This document shows positions 38,159-48,379 of a stretch of DNA of 61,454 nt, piece after piece (the stretch's first letter is position 1; each line of letters opens with the position of its first letter). The position numbers and the translations under genes were made by a program. The notes under the pieces were generated by a model. That model did no database searches. It was given only the letters and a program-made list of their open reading frames with translations, and was not told the origin of the DNA. This stretch comes from a bacterium (GTDB lineage Bacteria; SZUA-182; DTGQ01; JAFGSM01). Location: positions 1 through 61,454 of the forward strand of contig JBLIRP010000009.1 in assembly GCA_049472355.1 (NCBI GenBank), in the 5' to 3' direction.

Positions 38159-38353
38159 GGTATAAGGATACGGAACAATCATGAGCGGAGGTGTTGCGCC
38201 CCGCGATTCTTTAAATAGTACTATAATCAGTTGCTTTCGCGAGGACAACCACACGAGGAACCCCTGAGTGCGGATGTCTCTTCGTGTGTGCAGCACGTAC
38301 AGTATATAAGCGGTTAGCGTAAAGAAATTTACCATTTTTCGAGGTTGGTGAGA

Positions 38354-40210
38354 ATGAGGTTATCATTGAGGAGCATACCCTGTATCGTTTTCCTCATCTT
38401 CCTGTTCATTGCCCTGCTCGTGGCGACGGCCCTTTTGTACCCCGGCAGGATTTATGCCCAGGGTTCGGGGCAGACCGGGCTCGGCAGCCTCGGCATGGGC
38501 CTGGGTCTTGGCGGTCTTGGCATGGGTGGACTGACCGGGATTTCCAGCCTTGGCCTGGGAGGACTGACGGGAAGCCTTGGCCTGGGAGGACTGACGGGAA
38601 GCCTTGGCCTGGGAGGACTGACCGGGATGTCCAGCCTTGGCGTGGGTGGGTTGACGGGGGGCCTGGGCATGGGCGGGCTGACCGGGATGTCCAGCCTGGG
38701 CCTGGGTGGGTTGACGGGCGGCCTTGGTATGGGTGGCTCGGCACTGGGGCTCACGGGCATGGGCCTCCCCTTACCAGGCGGCCTCGGTATGTTCATGGGC
38801 GGAGGTATAGGCGGGGGGGCCAGTCTGATGTCTCCGATGGGGATGAGCAGTCCCTTCATGGGCCTCTCCATGCCGATGATGGGAGGCCCCGGCATGTTCC
38901 TCGGCATGATGCCGATGATGCCCGGAATGTTCCCCTTGTACCAGGCCGGAGAACCCTACGGTGGGCTGGGGGCCACGTACAACTATAATGCCGCCGCCTA
39001 TGGGAATTTGATACGGCAACAGATGTCCAATACATCGAATTTTCCCGGCATTCCAGTATTTGAGGGCGCCGGTGGGTTTCAGTTCATCCCTCCTCCGCCG
39101 ATCTATCTGCCGGGGCCACTCAGCGCAACCATTACAGGCTTGGTGTATGACGAGGACGGCAATTTCTTGGAGGAGGTTAAGGTCTATGTGAGGTCCGACT
39201 CATCGATCAGTGATCTCACCGATCAATACGGTCAGTACTCCCTGCGTGTGTTGGGGGGGATCTATACCCTCGTTTACCAGAAGGATGGGTATGAAACAAA
39301 GTACAGGGAAAAGATCAATGTCCTTGGCGGGAGGACCTACCCGCAGACGCCGGTAATCTTGAAGGAGGATGTGACGAAACCGCCGGCAAATGATCCCCCT
39401 GTCCTGCTCCCCATGGGGCCGATCGAGGTCATCGCGGGCTTCGAGATCGAGCTCGATATCCATGCGCAGGACCCCGACAACGACGAGCTTACCTACTCCT
39501 ATTCCGGATGGAAGGCCGAGCACTGGGAACAGGACCTGGTCTATGTCACCACCGAGGATGACATCGGCGAACATGAGGTTACGGTCACCGTGCGGGACCC
39601 GGGAATGCTCGAAGACAGCGAAACGATCGTTATCAGGGTGTATCCGGGGCATGAGCTGATTCTTACGGAGGGATTCAACCTGATAGGCTATCCCTTTGAG
39701 AACGGCGATCCGAATTTTTCCGCCTTCGATCTCCTGCAGGTTCTGGGTGACGCCTCTCAGATCGATTCCGTCTGCTATTATTCGAACAATGGGGACCGCT
39801 ATGTGAGCGCCTGGTACAACGAAAGCGGAGATCCGGAAGGCACGGATTTCATCATAGAGATCAGCCGGGGATACATCGTGTATGCCAATGAGGATATGAC
39901 GAGGATCGTAAGAAACCTCTATACCCAGGGGACCCAGGACATATATCTCTACGAAGGCATGAACCTGGTCGGGTTCGCATCATTGCCGTTGGGGTATACC
40001 GCGTTCGACCTCTTGTGGGGCCTGGGCCGTGATTATGTGTTGGCGGTGTATCGCTACAACACCTTCTGGGGGGATTGGGACTCCGCCTACTGGTTGAACG
40101 GAAGCTCCTCGGGGGTGAATTTTCCCATCGTCTTTGGCGAAGGATATCATGTCCAGATGAAAGTGGGGCACAGTCTTGCCCTCTCCCGGTTCCGTATGCT
40201 CGCATGGTGA
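38354..40210 (+). CDS. Secreted protein: Gly/Leu/Met low-complexity repeats, carboxypeptidase-regulatory-like domain, cadherin/Ig-like domain and duplicated C-terminal domain
   Basis: Signal peptide (IYA-Q); GGLTG repeats; ITGLVYD...TDQYGQYSL..GGIYTLVYQKDGY; NDPPVL..AQDPDNDELTYS; two LxEGxNLxG...AFDLL...GY repeats. Confidence 0.75.
   Translation: MRLSLRSIPCIVFLIFLFIALLVATALLYPGRIYAQGSGQTGLGSLGMGLGLGGLGMGGLTGISSLGLGGLTGSLGLGGLTGSLGLGGLTGMSSLGVGGLTGGLGMGGLTGMSSLGLGGLTGGLGMGGSALGLTGMGLPLPGGLGMFMGGGIGGGASLMSPMGMSSPFMGLSMPMMGGPGMFLGMMPMMPGMFPLYQAGEPYGGLGATYNYNAAAYGNLIRQQMSNTSNFPGIPVFEGAGGFQFIPPPPIYLPGPLSATITGLVYDEDGNFLEEVKVYVRSDSSISDLTDQYGQYSLRVLGGIYTLVYQKDGYETKYREKINVLGGRTYPQTPVILKEDVTKPPANDPPVLLPMGPIEVIAGFEIELDIHAQDPDNDELTYSYSGWKAEHWEQDLVYVTTEDDIGEHEVTVTVRDPGMLEDSETIVIRVYPGHELILTEGFNLIGYPFENGDPNFSAFDLLQVLGDASQIDSVCYYSNNGDRYVSAWYNESGDPEGTDFIIEISRGYIVYANEDMTRIVRNLYTQGTQDIYLYEGMNLVGFASLPLGYTAFDLLWGLGRDYVLAVYRYNTFWGDWDSAYWLNGSSSGVNFPIVFGEGYHVQMKVGHSLALSRFRMLAW
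38546..38622 (+). repeat. 27-bp in-frame tandem repeat (SLGLGGLTG), about 2.9 copies
   Basis: AGCCTTGGCCTGGGAGGACTGACGGGA at 38546 and 38573, partial at 38600. Confidence 0.85.
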
Positions 40211-40270
40211 CGTGTACATAGGAATCGCCTGCCCACAGCTTGATCTTACCTCGAATCCACGATACAACAT

Positions 40271-41914
40271 ATGAGTATGCACAGAAAATTACGAGAGGCG
40301 TACCATACGATTCTGGCCCAGGAGGAAGGGTATGTTCGAAAGGACCCCGGGGGGAGGATCATGGTCGCCCTTGCCTATCCCAATACCTACTACGTGGGCA
40401 TGTCGAACCTCGGTCTGCATGCCATGTATCGCCTCTTCAATGCCCGCCCCGATACCCTGTGTGAAAGGGTTTTCATTCCTTCTCCCGAGGTGCACCTGAT
40501 GCGCGGGGGCTCCGCCAAGCCCCTGGTAACCCTGGAATCCCGGACCCCGGTCAGGGAATTCGATATCCTCGCCTTTTCCTGTTCATTTGAAAATGATTAC
40601 CTGGGTTGCCTGGGGATATTGGAGATGTCGGGCATCCCCCTTCGTTCATCCGACCGGGATGATACGCACCCGCTCGTTGTCATGGGAGGCGCGTGCACCT
40701 TTTTCAATGTGGAGCCCATGGCATCGTTTATCGACTGTTTTCTATGCGGGGAAGGGGAGTTGCTCGGGCAGGAATTTCTGGATGCATACCGGGAATGGGT
40801 GGAGTCCGGTGGGGGGAAGGAGGACCTTCTCCTCGGACTTCGCAGGATCGAAGGGATGTACATCCCGAGCCTTTACGAATACGGCTACGACGGCAAGGGC
40901 CGCATCAGCGGCATACATGTGCTTAGGGATGCCCCGGATCGGATCCATGCGAGGATTACGGGGGACCTCGACCGATTTGAGACATCCACGGCAATTTTCA
41001 ACCGTCACTCTGAATTTTCAGGGATGTTCCTCGCGGAGGTTTCACGGGGATGCCCGAGGGGGTGCAAATTCTGTCTTCTGAGCACGATTTACAGGCCGTT
41101 TCGCCAGAGGGGGGTGGATTCCCTTCTCGCCATGGTGAGGAACGGGGTGACCCGCAGGGAGAGGATCGGCCTTGTCGGCGCATCGCTCACCGATTATGCC
41201 GATCTGGAGGATCTGTGTCAGGGAATACGCGCCCTCGGGGGGAAGGTCTCTCTTTGTTCGCTTCGGGCCGACCACCTTACGGACGGGTTGCTCGATGTAT
41301 TGGTACAGAGCGATATAAGGACCGTTACCCTTGCACCGGAGACGGGCAGTGAGCAGCTTCGGGCATCAATCGGCAAGGCGGACATGACCGATGATAGAAT
41401 TATGGATGGGGTGGAGAGGCTCGTCCATCGGGGGATTCCCCTTCTCAAACTCTATTTTATGGTGGGGCTTCCGGGGGAGACCACCCGGGATGTGGAGGCG
41501 ATTGTCCGGCTGGTGAAGCGAATCAGACACTGCGCAGTCCAGGCCGGTAAAGGGAAAAGGGGTTTCCGGCAGATAGCCCTGAGCGTGAGCAGCTTCGTTC
41601 CCAAGCCGCTTACCCGTTTCCAGTTTCATCCAATGGAATCAACTGAACAGCTTGCCGGAAAGATCAGGTACATTGCCAGGGAGACCCGGTCCATCCGGGG
41701 GGTCACCTGTACCCATGACGTTCCGAAGTGGTCGTATATCCAGGCCCTTTTATCCAGAGGCGATCGAAGGGTGGGGGAAGTGCTGCTGCAGGCGCACCAG
41801 GAGCATGGAAACTGGCACAGGGCCTTTCGTTCGATCAACCTGAGCCCTGATTTTTACCTCTTCCGGGAGATGGATGAGCAGGATACCCCTCCCTGGATGC
41901 TGTGGATGCCATGA
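40271..41914 (+). CDS. Radical SAM protein (YgiQ/TIGR03960-like, with B12-binding-like N-terminus)
   Basis: YPNTYYVGMSNLG, CERVF, SRGCPRGCKFC (CxxxCxxC), APETGS and YFMVGLPGET. Confidence 0.85.
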   Translation: MSMHRKLREAYHTILAQEEGYVRKDPGGRIMVALAYPNTYYVGMSNLGLHAMYRLFNARPDTLCERVFIPSPEVHLMRGGSAKPLVTLESRTPVREFDILAFSCSFENDYLGCLGILEMSGIPLRSSDRDDTHPLVVMGGACTFFNVEPMASFIDCFLCGEGELLGQEFLDAYREWVESGGGKEDLLLGLRRIEGMYIPSLYEYGYDGKGRISGIHVLRDAPDRIHARITGDLDRFETSTAIFNRHSEFSGMFLAEVSRGCPRGCKFCLLSTIYRPFRQRGVDSLLAMVRNGVTRRERIGLVGASLTDYADLEDLCQGIRALGGKVSLCSLRADHLTDGLLDVLVQSDIRTVTLAPETGSEQLRASIGKADMTDDRIMDGVERLVHRGIPLLKLYFMVGLPGETTRDVEAIVRLVKRIRHCAVQAGKGKRGFRQIALSVSSFVPKPLTRFQFHPMESTEQLAGKIRYIARETRSIRGVTCTHDVPKWSYIQALLSRGDRRVGEVLLQAHQEHGNWHRAFRSINLSPDFYLFREMDEQDTPPWMLWMP

Positions 41915-42086
41915 GAGAATTTTATAAAAACATCGTATTATGGTATACTTCTTGAATACAAAGAGATGTATGCTCGAGTGGGCAGCACGGGTATTTCATA
42001 GCAATCAGGAAGCACCGGGGCATCATCGCATGCTGCATGAAGCCCTCGGGGATACGCGATTATGAATTCGCGTGTGAAAGGAGATC

Positions 42087-43856
42087 ATGAGCTTGTTGAA
42101 GAAAACCGTTTACCTGCGTTCAGCCATCCTGCTTCTCGGCTTGATCCTCATGGGGTGCCTCCTTTTTTCTCCAAGGGCATTACCGCCGATGGCAGGGAAC
42201 GGGGCAGCGGAGGCCATTTTTGGAGGAAATGCTGAGGAGACCGGAGAGGGAGCCTCGGATGATATGTTCGAACGGAGTGCCGATGCGTACTACCATTTTT
42301 TGGTTGCTGAAATCGCCCTCCGAACCGACAGGGATGAGATGGCATTGGAGGCATACCGGAAGGCGGTCGAATATGACCCCACCTCCGCATACCTCCGCTC
42401 CAGACTCGCCCGCGTTCTGACGAAGTACGGGCTTTTGGAGGAGGCCGCACTGCACCTCGAGGAGGCGCTCCTTCTTTCCCCCGAAAATCTCACCCTGCAC
42501 CTTTTTTTGGGCCAACTCTACATCCAGATGAGAAAATTCTCCGATGCAAAGGCCATATTCATGGAGATCATCACGAAGGACCCGGAGAATTTGAAGGCCC
42601 TTACCATGTTGGGACGGTTATATCTCGACACGGATAATCCCGAAGAGGCCACCCGCATCTATGAACAGATACTCGAGAAGAATCCCGATTCCTACCTGAC
42701 ACGGTATCACCTTGCCCTCACCTATATGGAGATGGAACATTGGGATACCGCACTCAGGTATCTCAAGGAGGCCGTCGAGATCAGGCCGGGATTCAAGCCG
42801 GCCATGGAATCCATGGTCACGGTCTATATAAAGAGCGGTGCATATCAGGAGGCGATAGACCTGCTCGACCATCTGATCGAGATGACACCCTACGATCTTT
42901 ACTACAATGAACAACTCGCCAAGATCTATATTCTCAAGAACGATCTTGCCGGGGCATTGGAGGAATACCGGAAGATTCAGGAACAGGACCCCAACAACGC
43001 CAACGTCGCCCTCAAGATCGGGATCGTTTTGTTTGAACGGGAACGATACGAAGATGCTGCTGAACAGTTTGTACGGTATCTGGAACAGAACCCCGGCAGC
43101 GACGAGATAAAATTCTATCTTGGCACCGCCTACGAGGAGATGCGCGCGGATGAGAAGGCGATTGCCATATTCAATCATCTGAAGGAGACAAATCCAAAGG
43201 ACACCAGGAGCCGGATACACCTTGCATACATCTTCCAGCGGCTCAACAGGATGGAGGATGCCATTGCGGAATTGAACGAGGCAAAGAAGGTTCAGCCTGA
43301 CGTCGTTGACTTTCGTATCTATCTTGCCCTGGCCTACAATCAGACCGGCCAGTATTCACGTGCAATCGACGAACTCTCTTCAGGCATTGCAATGGACCCC
43401 AATAATGACGAACTGCACTTTTATCTGGGCGTCGTCTATGAAAAGGCGGATCGCTTCGACGAGTCGATTGAATCCTTCCAAAGGGCCCTGGCTTTAAATC
43501 CCTATTACGCCGATGCCTACAACTACATCGGCTATTTGTATGCGGAAAAGAACATCCACCTCGATGAGGCCGTCATTAAAATCAGAAAGGCCCTGGAGCT
43601 GGACCCCAACAACGGAGCATACCTTGACAGTCTCGGCTGGGCCTTTTTCAGAAAGGGTGAGATCGACGTAGCGCTTGAGTATCTCAGTCAGGCTGCATCG
43701 TTGATCAGCGACGATCCGGTCATTTATGATCACCTGGGCGATGTCTATGCACATAAAAAGGAATGGGGAAAGGCCCGGCAAATGTGGCAAAGGGCCCTCG
43801 AACTTGATCCAGGCAAGGAAGCCCTTCTGAAAAAGCTTCGGAACATCCCCCAGTAG
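42087..43856 (+). CDS. Exported multi-TPR protein
   Basis: N-terminal hydrophobic segment and many TPRs, ending in YLDSLGWAFF and IYDHLGDVY; typical position upstream of lolB-like/ispE. Confidence 0.88.
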   Translation: MSLLKKTVYLRSAILLLGLILMGCLLFSPRALPPMAGNGAAEAIFGGNAEETGEGASDDMFERSADAYYHFLVAEIALRTDRDEMALEAYRKAVEYDPTSAYLRSRLARVLTKYGLLEEAALHLEEALLLSPENLTLHLFLGQLYIQMRKFSDAKAIFMEIITKDPENLKALTMLGRLYLDTDNPEEATRIYEQILEKNPDSYLTRYHLALTYMEMEHWDTALRYLKEAVEIRPGFKPAMESMVTVYIKSGAYQEAIDLLDHLIEMTPYDLYYNEQLAKIYILKNDLAGALEEYRKIQEQDPNNANVALKIGIVLFERERYEDAAEQFVRYLEQNPGSDEIKFYLGTAYEEMRADEKAIAIFNHLKETNPKDTRSRIHLAYIFQRLNRMEDAIAELNEAKKVQPDVVDFRIYLALAYNQTGQYSRAIDELSSGIAMDPNNDELHFYLGVVYEKADRFDESIESFQRALALNPYYADAYNYIGYLYAEKNIHLDEAVIKIRKALELDPNNGAYLDSLGWAFFRKGEIDVALEYLSQAASLISDDPVIYDHLGDVYAHKKEWGKARQMWQRALELDPGKEALLKKLRNIPQ

Positions 43857-43868
43857 ACCATCCCTGCC

Positions 43869-44702
43869 ATGCCTATTCCATACAGGTACAAGGCTGAACT
43901 GATCCTCATTGTTGCCGGCCTCTTCATCGGCTGCAGGGCAGCCTTACCCGTTTCAATGCCCGGCGGGATCGATCATGCCCCCTGGACGGCAACCCGGATT
44001 GCCCAGTGGGCATCTGCACGGAGGGCGGATATCAGGCATATCAAGGCATGGGCGAGGATAGGCGTGGCCGCCGGAGGGGAAAGGAGCGGGTTCGATGCGT
44101 TCATCCTCCTCACCGGCAATGGCAGTGGAAGAATGGATGGGCTGGGCCCCTGGCGGTCCCCTCTCTTTTCGCTCATCTTTGATCAGGATCGGATCTATCT
44201 CTACCTTCATAACCAAGGGAGGTTGTATTGGGGGAAGAATACCCCCGGGCACGTACGGCAATTCACCGGGCTGCACCTCGATTCCTCCATCCTTTTCGAT
44301 GCCTTGGCAGCGAACCTGCCTGAGGACCTTGCCGCCTGTTCCCATGCGGTTTCCGCTGCAGGTATCCATTGCTTCTCCTGCATGGGTAAGGAAGGTCCCT
44401 GCACGGCGCGGGTGGCCATTCGTGCCCTCCCTGTCGTTGAGGAAATTACTTGGCAGCGGGGGGGGATGCACGAGAATATGCGCATTGTATATGGAGAGTG
44501 GGGGGTGCATGACGGCTGTGCATTTCCCGATGCCGTACATCTCTATTGGCCGGAAGGAGACGAAGGGCACATCCGCCTGAATGCGGTAAAGGTGAATGCC
44601 CCGTATGACGAGGGGATGTTTCTGCCGGATGCATCCTGGTTCGAAGGGGAGGTCGTTCATCTGGATAACGATTCTTCAAAGGGATTGGATGATGCAGGAT
44701 GA
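43869..44702 (+). CDS. Putative lipoprotein (LolB/DUF4292-like)
   Basis: Lipobox-like FIGC, beta-rich body, located between the TPR gene and ispE. Confidence 0.55.
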   Translation: MPIPYRYKAELILIVAGLFIGCRAALPVSMPGGIDHAPWTATRIAQWASARRADIRHIKAWARIGVAAGGERSGFDAFILLTGNGSGRMDGLGPWRSPLFSLIFDQDRIYLYLHNQGRLYWGKNTPGHVRQFTGLHLDSSILFDALAANLPEDLAACSHAVSAAGIHCFSCMGKEGPCTARVAIRALPVVEEITWQRGGMHENMRIVYGEWGVHDGCAFPDAVHLYWPEGDEGHIRLNAVKVNAPYDEGMFLPDASWFEGEVVHLDNDSSKGLDDAG

Positions 44703-45559
44703 TCACCATCAATGCACCTGCCAAAATTAACCTTGGGCTCCATGTCGTGGGACAGCGTGAGGACGGCTATCACACGATCGAAACCCTTTTCCAGGCGGTC
44801 GATCTTTGTGATGAGTTGCACCTTTCTCCTGCTGAATCAGGTGTATCGCTCCGTGTCGAAGGGATCGATCTCGATGGGGGGGAAGGGAATCTCGTGCATA
44901 GGGCGGCAACCAGGCTCCTGGACACTGCCTCCTGTCACAAGGGGGTTGCCGTTCGTTTGGTCAAAAGGATCCCGGTGGGTGCGGGACTGGGAGGGGGGAG
45001 CAGTGACGCCGCCGCCACCCTCAAGGGACTCGTTGATCTGTACAACATTCCCCTGTCGACCGGGGCCCTGGTTGAACTGGCCTCCTCGCTCGGGGCGGAT
45101 GTCCCCTTTTTTCTGAACGGGCCAACCGCATTCGGTCGTGGAATCGGAGATATCCTCGAGAGTGCACCCCCCTTGCCCCCCTTCTGGGTGGTCATTGTAA
45201 AGCCGGATTTTCCCATCGCCACGGGATGGGTGTATCAGGAATATGATTCAGGATTGACAAAAACAGGGAATAAAATTAAAATATTAAAGTCCGCAGTTGC
45301 AAGTGGAGATGCCTGGAGGATAGGGGAATCACTATTTAATGATTTAGAATCAATATGTTTTAAACGATTCCCTGTACTCGCCGAGATCAAAAAAGGCCTG
45401 CTGACCTTGGGCGCATGCGGGGCCTTGATGTCGGGGAGCGGGTCATCGGTTTTTGGGCTTTTCATTGATAGTGGTGAAGCCCGGCGCGCGTGCCGATCAA
45501 TAATAAAATGTGGGAGGGAGGATCGGGAGGTGTTTCTATGTCGCACTATTCTTAAGTAG
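44699..45559 (+). CDS. ispE: 4-diphosphocytidyl-2-C-methyl-D-erythritol kinase
   Basis: APAKINLGL, KRIPVGAGLGGGSSDAA, LGADVPFF and MSGSGS. Confidence 0.95.
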   Translation: MITINAPAKINLGLHVVGQREDGYHTIETLFQAVDLCDELHLSPAESGVSLRVEGIDLDGGEGNLVHRAATRLLDTASCHKGVAVRLVKRIPVGAGLGGGSSDAAATLKGLVDLYNIPLSTGALVELASSLGADVPFFLNGPTAFGRGIGDILESAPPLPPFWVVIVKPDFPIATGWVYQEYDSGLTKTGNKIKILKSAVASGDAWRIGESLFNDLESICFKRFPVLAEIKKGLLTLGACGALMSGSGSSVFGLFIDSGEARRACRSIIKCGREDREVFLCRTILK

Positions 45560-45687
45560 GCCCTTTGATGACGATATATTGGGGGGGGGATTAAAGGGGC
45601 TTATTCAAGAGTGAGCCGTTTAACCTTCAACTTTTTTCCCCTTTGCACCATGCCTGTGGAGGGATTACGAAAGAATGGTGAGGCACC

Positions 45688-45948
45688 ATGGAAATTACAG
45701 ATGTCAGTATTTTTAAGGTTGATGGCGAACGATTGAAAGGGTATGCTACGGTTATCTTTGATAATGTCTTTATTGTGAGGGACCTGAAGATCATATCAGG
45801 AAACAACGGCCTTTTTGTAGCGATGCCGAACAAAAAGGGAAAAAACGGCACCTATCGAGATATCGCCCACCCACTCAATCAAGAAATGAGGGAGAACCTT
45901 GAGCAAAGGGTAATAGAAAAATATCTGGACGGTGCCGAAACGTCCTAA
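45688..45948 (+). CDS. spoVG: SpoVG-family nucleic-acid-binding protein
   Basis: MEITDV...FDNVFIVRDLKIISGNNGLFVAMP...YRDIAHPLN. Confidence 0.92.
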   Translation: MEITDVSIFKVDGERLKGYATVIFDNVFIVRDLKIISGNNGLFVAMPNKKGKNGTYRDIAHPLNQEMRENLEQRVIEKYLDGAETS

Positions 45949-45954
45949 AGTCAC

Positions 45955-46029
45955 TGGGGCGTCGACAAGCGGTAAGTCACAGGACTTTGGCTCCTGCATT
46001 CGGAGGTTCGAATCCTCCCGCCCCAGCCA
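45955..46029 (+). tRNA. tRNA-Gln (anticodon UUG)
   Basis: TGGGGCG acceptor stem pairing with CGCCCCA, anticodon arm CAGGA-CTTTGGC-TCCTG, GGTTCGAATCC T-arm, encoded CCA. Confidence 0.95.
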
Positions 46030-46170
46030 ATGAGGGCCGATGAAATTGCCGCGCGATAGTTGTGCGAGAATGCTCCCCTTTACAGAGACGGCGGGTACGT
46101 GAAGTATGGTTTCTCATTCGTCGAGCAGTTCATCTTCTAACTGATATTCATAATCCACAGAAGGAATAAA

Positions 46171-47106
46171 ATGGAACTGATGGTAATTTCCGGTAATTCA
46201 AATCGGCAACTTGCCCAGGGAATCGCAAAATATCTCAGGGTTGACCTGGTGGACTGCGAAGTAAAGGATTTCAGCGATGGAGAAATCTTTGTCCAGATAC
46301 ACGACAATGTACGCGGTGCGGATGTCTTCGTGGTTCAGTCCACCTGCCCGCCGGTCAACCACAATCTCATGGAACTCCTCATCATCATTGATGCCCTCAA
46401 ACGCTCCTCGGCCGCCAGGATAACCGCGGTGGTTCCCTATTATGGCTATGCGCGGCAAGACAGAAAGGTGCAGCCGAGGGTTCCCATTTCCGCAAAGCTG
46501 GTCGCGGACTTGATCACCACCGCAGGCGCCGACCGGCTCCTCACCATGGACCTTCACGCAGGGCAGATCCAGGGTTTTTTTAACATCCCCGTGGACAATC
46601 TCTTCAGCACGCCGGTAATGATCGATTACATACGACAATTGAACTGTCAGGATCTGGTCATTGTATCCCCTGATGCGGGAGGGGTGGAACGGGCGCGCGC
46701 CTATGCCAAACGCCTGAAAGCGACCCTCTCCATTATCGATAAAAGGAGGGATGCCCCCAATCAGTCCGAGGTGATGAACATCATCGGGGACGTCGAAGGT
46801 AAGGAAGTGTTTATTGTCGATGATATTGTGGATACCGCAGGGACCTTGACCAAGGCCGCCCGTGCGCTTAAGGAGGCAGGGGCGGAATCCGTGTGCGCCT
46901 GCTGCACCCATCCGGTTCTGTCCGGTGCGGCCATAGAAAGGATTGTAAATTCGGAGATAAAGGAGTTGATCGTGACCGATACGATTCCACTCACCGAGGC
47001 CGGAAGGGCATGCGAGAAGATCATGGTGCGTTCCGTTGCGGAGACCGTCGGCGAAACCATACATCGCATCAATGTCAATGAATCGGTCAGTTCACTTTTC
47101 ACGTAA
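46171..47106 (+). CDS. prs: Ribose-phosphate pyrophosphokinase
   Basis: FSDGEI, PYYGYARQDRK, DLHAGQIQGFF, VSPDAGGVERA and VDDIVDTAGT. Confidence 0.97.
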   Translation: MELMVISGNSNRQLAQGIAKYLRVDLVDCEVKDFSDGEIFVQIHDNVRGADVFVVQSTCPPVNHNLMELLIIIDALKRSSAARITAVVPYYGYARQDRKVQPRVPISAKLVADLITTAGADRLLTMDLHAGQIQGFFNIPVDNLFSTPVMIDYIRQLNCQDLVIVSPDAGGVERARAYAKRLKATLSIIDKRRDAPNQSEVMNIIGDVEGKEVFIVDDIVDTAGTLTKAARALKEAGAESVCACCTHPVLSGAAIERIVNSEIKELIVTDTIPLTEAGRACEKIMVRSVAETVGETIHRINVNESVSSLFT

Positions 47107-47136
47107 CGGTTGATTGCTGAAAGGTAGGAGGAAGCG

Positions 47137-47805
47137 ATGGCAATTCAATTTACCCTCGATGCACAAAAGAGGGAGGCAGGGGGAAAAGGGGCCGCCAGGA
47201 GATTGAGGGCGGAGGGATCAACCCCTGCCATCATCTATGGCAAACGAGAAACACCCTTAGCCATCTCGTTTAATACAAATGAGTTTCTTAAATTGGTGCA
47301 CGGTGAGGCCCATGAAAATGTGCTCTTTAAGGTAAAGATAAAAGGACATAAGGGGAAAGATGTGCCCAATGTGGTTATCAAGGAGATGCAATTAGATCCC
47401 ACCAAGGGGAACCTCCTTCATGTCGATCTTTTCGAGGTATCCATGGATAAGGTCCTTGAGGTCCATGTTCCCGTGGAAACAATCAATGAGGCAATCGGGG
47501 TCAAGGAGGAGGGCGGTCTCCTGGACCATGTGGCGCGGGAAATCCTCGTGGAGTGCCTCCCTGATGATCTGCCCGAGAGCATAGAGATCGACGTGTCGCC
47601 ACTGAAGATGGGAGACGCCGTACATATCAAGGATATCGTATTCCCTTCGGGGGTAAAGCCGCTTGAGAGTCCCGACAAGGTGATCGTCACCATCATCCAT
47701 AAATTGAAGGTCAAGGAAGAGATCGTCACCAAGGTGCCGGAAGAGGAAGAGGAGGCACCGGAGGTTTTGACCCAGAAGTCCTCTAAACCCGCCGAAGAGG
47801 AATAA
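47137..47805 (+). CDS. rplY: 50S ribosomal protein L25/Ctc
   Basis: GKGAARRLR..G..PAIIYG, LLHVDL, GVKEEGG and acidic tail. Confidence 0.95.
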   Translation: MAIQFTLDAQKREAGGKGAARRLRAEGSTPAIIYGKRETPLAISFNTNEFLKLVHGEAHENVLFKVKIKGHKGKDVPNVVIKEMQLDPTKGNLLHVDLFEVSMDKVLEVHVPVETINEAIGVKEEGGLLDHVAREILVECLPDDLPESIEIDVSPLKMGDAVHIKDIVFPSGVKPLESPDKVIVTIIHKLKVKEEIVTKVPEEEEEAPEVLTQKSSKPAEEE

Positions 47806-47815
47806 GGTCGAAACG

Positions 47816-48379
47816 GTGCTCTGGCTGATCGCCGGGCTGGGAAACCCGGGCTTGATGTATCGTTTTTCGAGGCATAACATAGGGTTTTGGGCAATTGACC
47901 TTATTTCGAAAAGAATGGGAATAGCCCTTTCCCAAAAAAGCCATCAGGCCTTATGGGGGGAAGGCCGAATGGGGCGAATCCCTGTTATTCTCAGCAAGCC
48001 CCAGACATTCATGAATATAAGCGGTCTTTCCGTGCAATCCCTGGCATCCGCCAAAGACATAGACACCTCACACCTTGTTGTTATCCACGACGATATGGAC
48101 CTCCCCCCCGGCGGGATAAAGATAAGGACGAGGGGGGGCAGCGGCGGCCATAAGGGTGTACAGTCGGTGATCGATCATCTGGGGAGGGATGATTTCTTAC
48201 GTATCCGGATTGGTACGGGGCATCCGGGGCCGGAAGAGGATGCCACCGGCTTCGTCCTTTCCCCTCCGACGCCCGCCGAATTGGATGCGCTTCAGCCGGT
48301 CATTCATTCCACCGAACTGATGATCACCGCCATTATCAATGATGGCCCTCATGCGGCCATGAATCTCTTTAATCGGTAA
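47816..48379 (+). CDS. pth: Peptidyl-tRNA hydrolase
   Basis: AGLGNPG, RHNIGF, KPQTFMN, HDDMDL and GGHKG. Confidence 0.95.
   Translation: MLWLIAGLGNPGLMYRFSRHNIGFWAIDLISKRMGIALSQKSHQALWGEGRMGRIPVILSKPQTFMNISGLSVQSLASAKDIDTSHLVVIHDDMDLPPGGIKIRTRGGSGGHKGVQSVIDHLGRDDFLRIRIGTGHPGPEEDATGFVLSPPTPAELDALQPVIHSTELMITAIINDGPHAAMNLFNR

Noticed and set aside
38460..38830. Magnetosome gene (Mms6/MamD-like LG repeat)
   Set aside because: Only compositional similarity; the protein has Ig/cadherin-like domains and no mam genes are in the window.
45581..45589. G9 homopolymer as a phase-variation switch
   Set aside because: Intergenic and short, with no supporting promoter context in a housekeeping locus.
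45688..45948. Evidence for sporulation
   Set aside because: SpoVG is common in non-sporulating bacteria in this ispE-prs context.
45955..46029. tRNA as an integration site
   Set aside because: No duplicated tRNA 3' end seen, and the flanking housekeeping order is intact.
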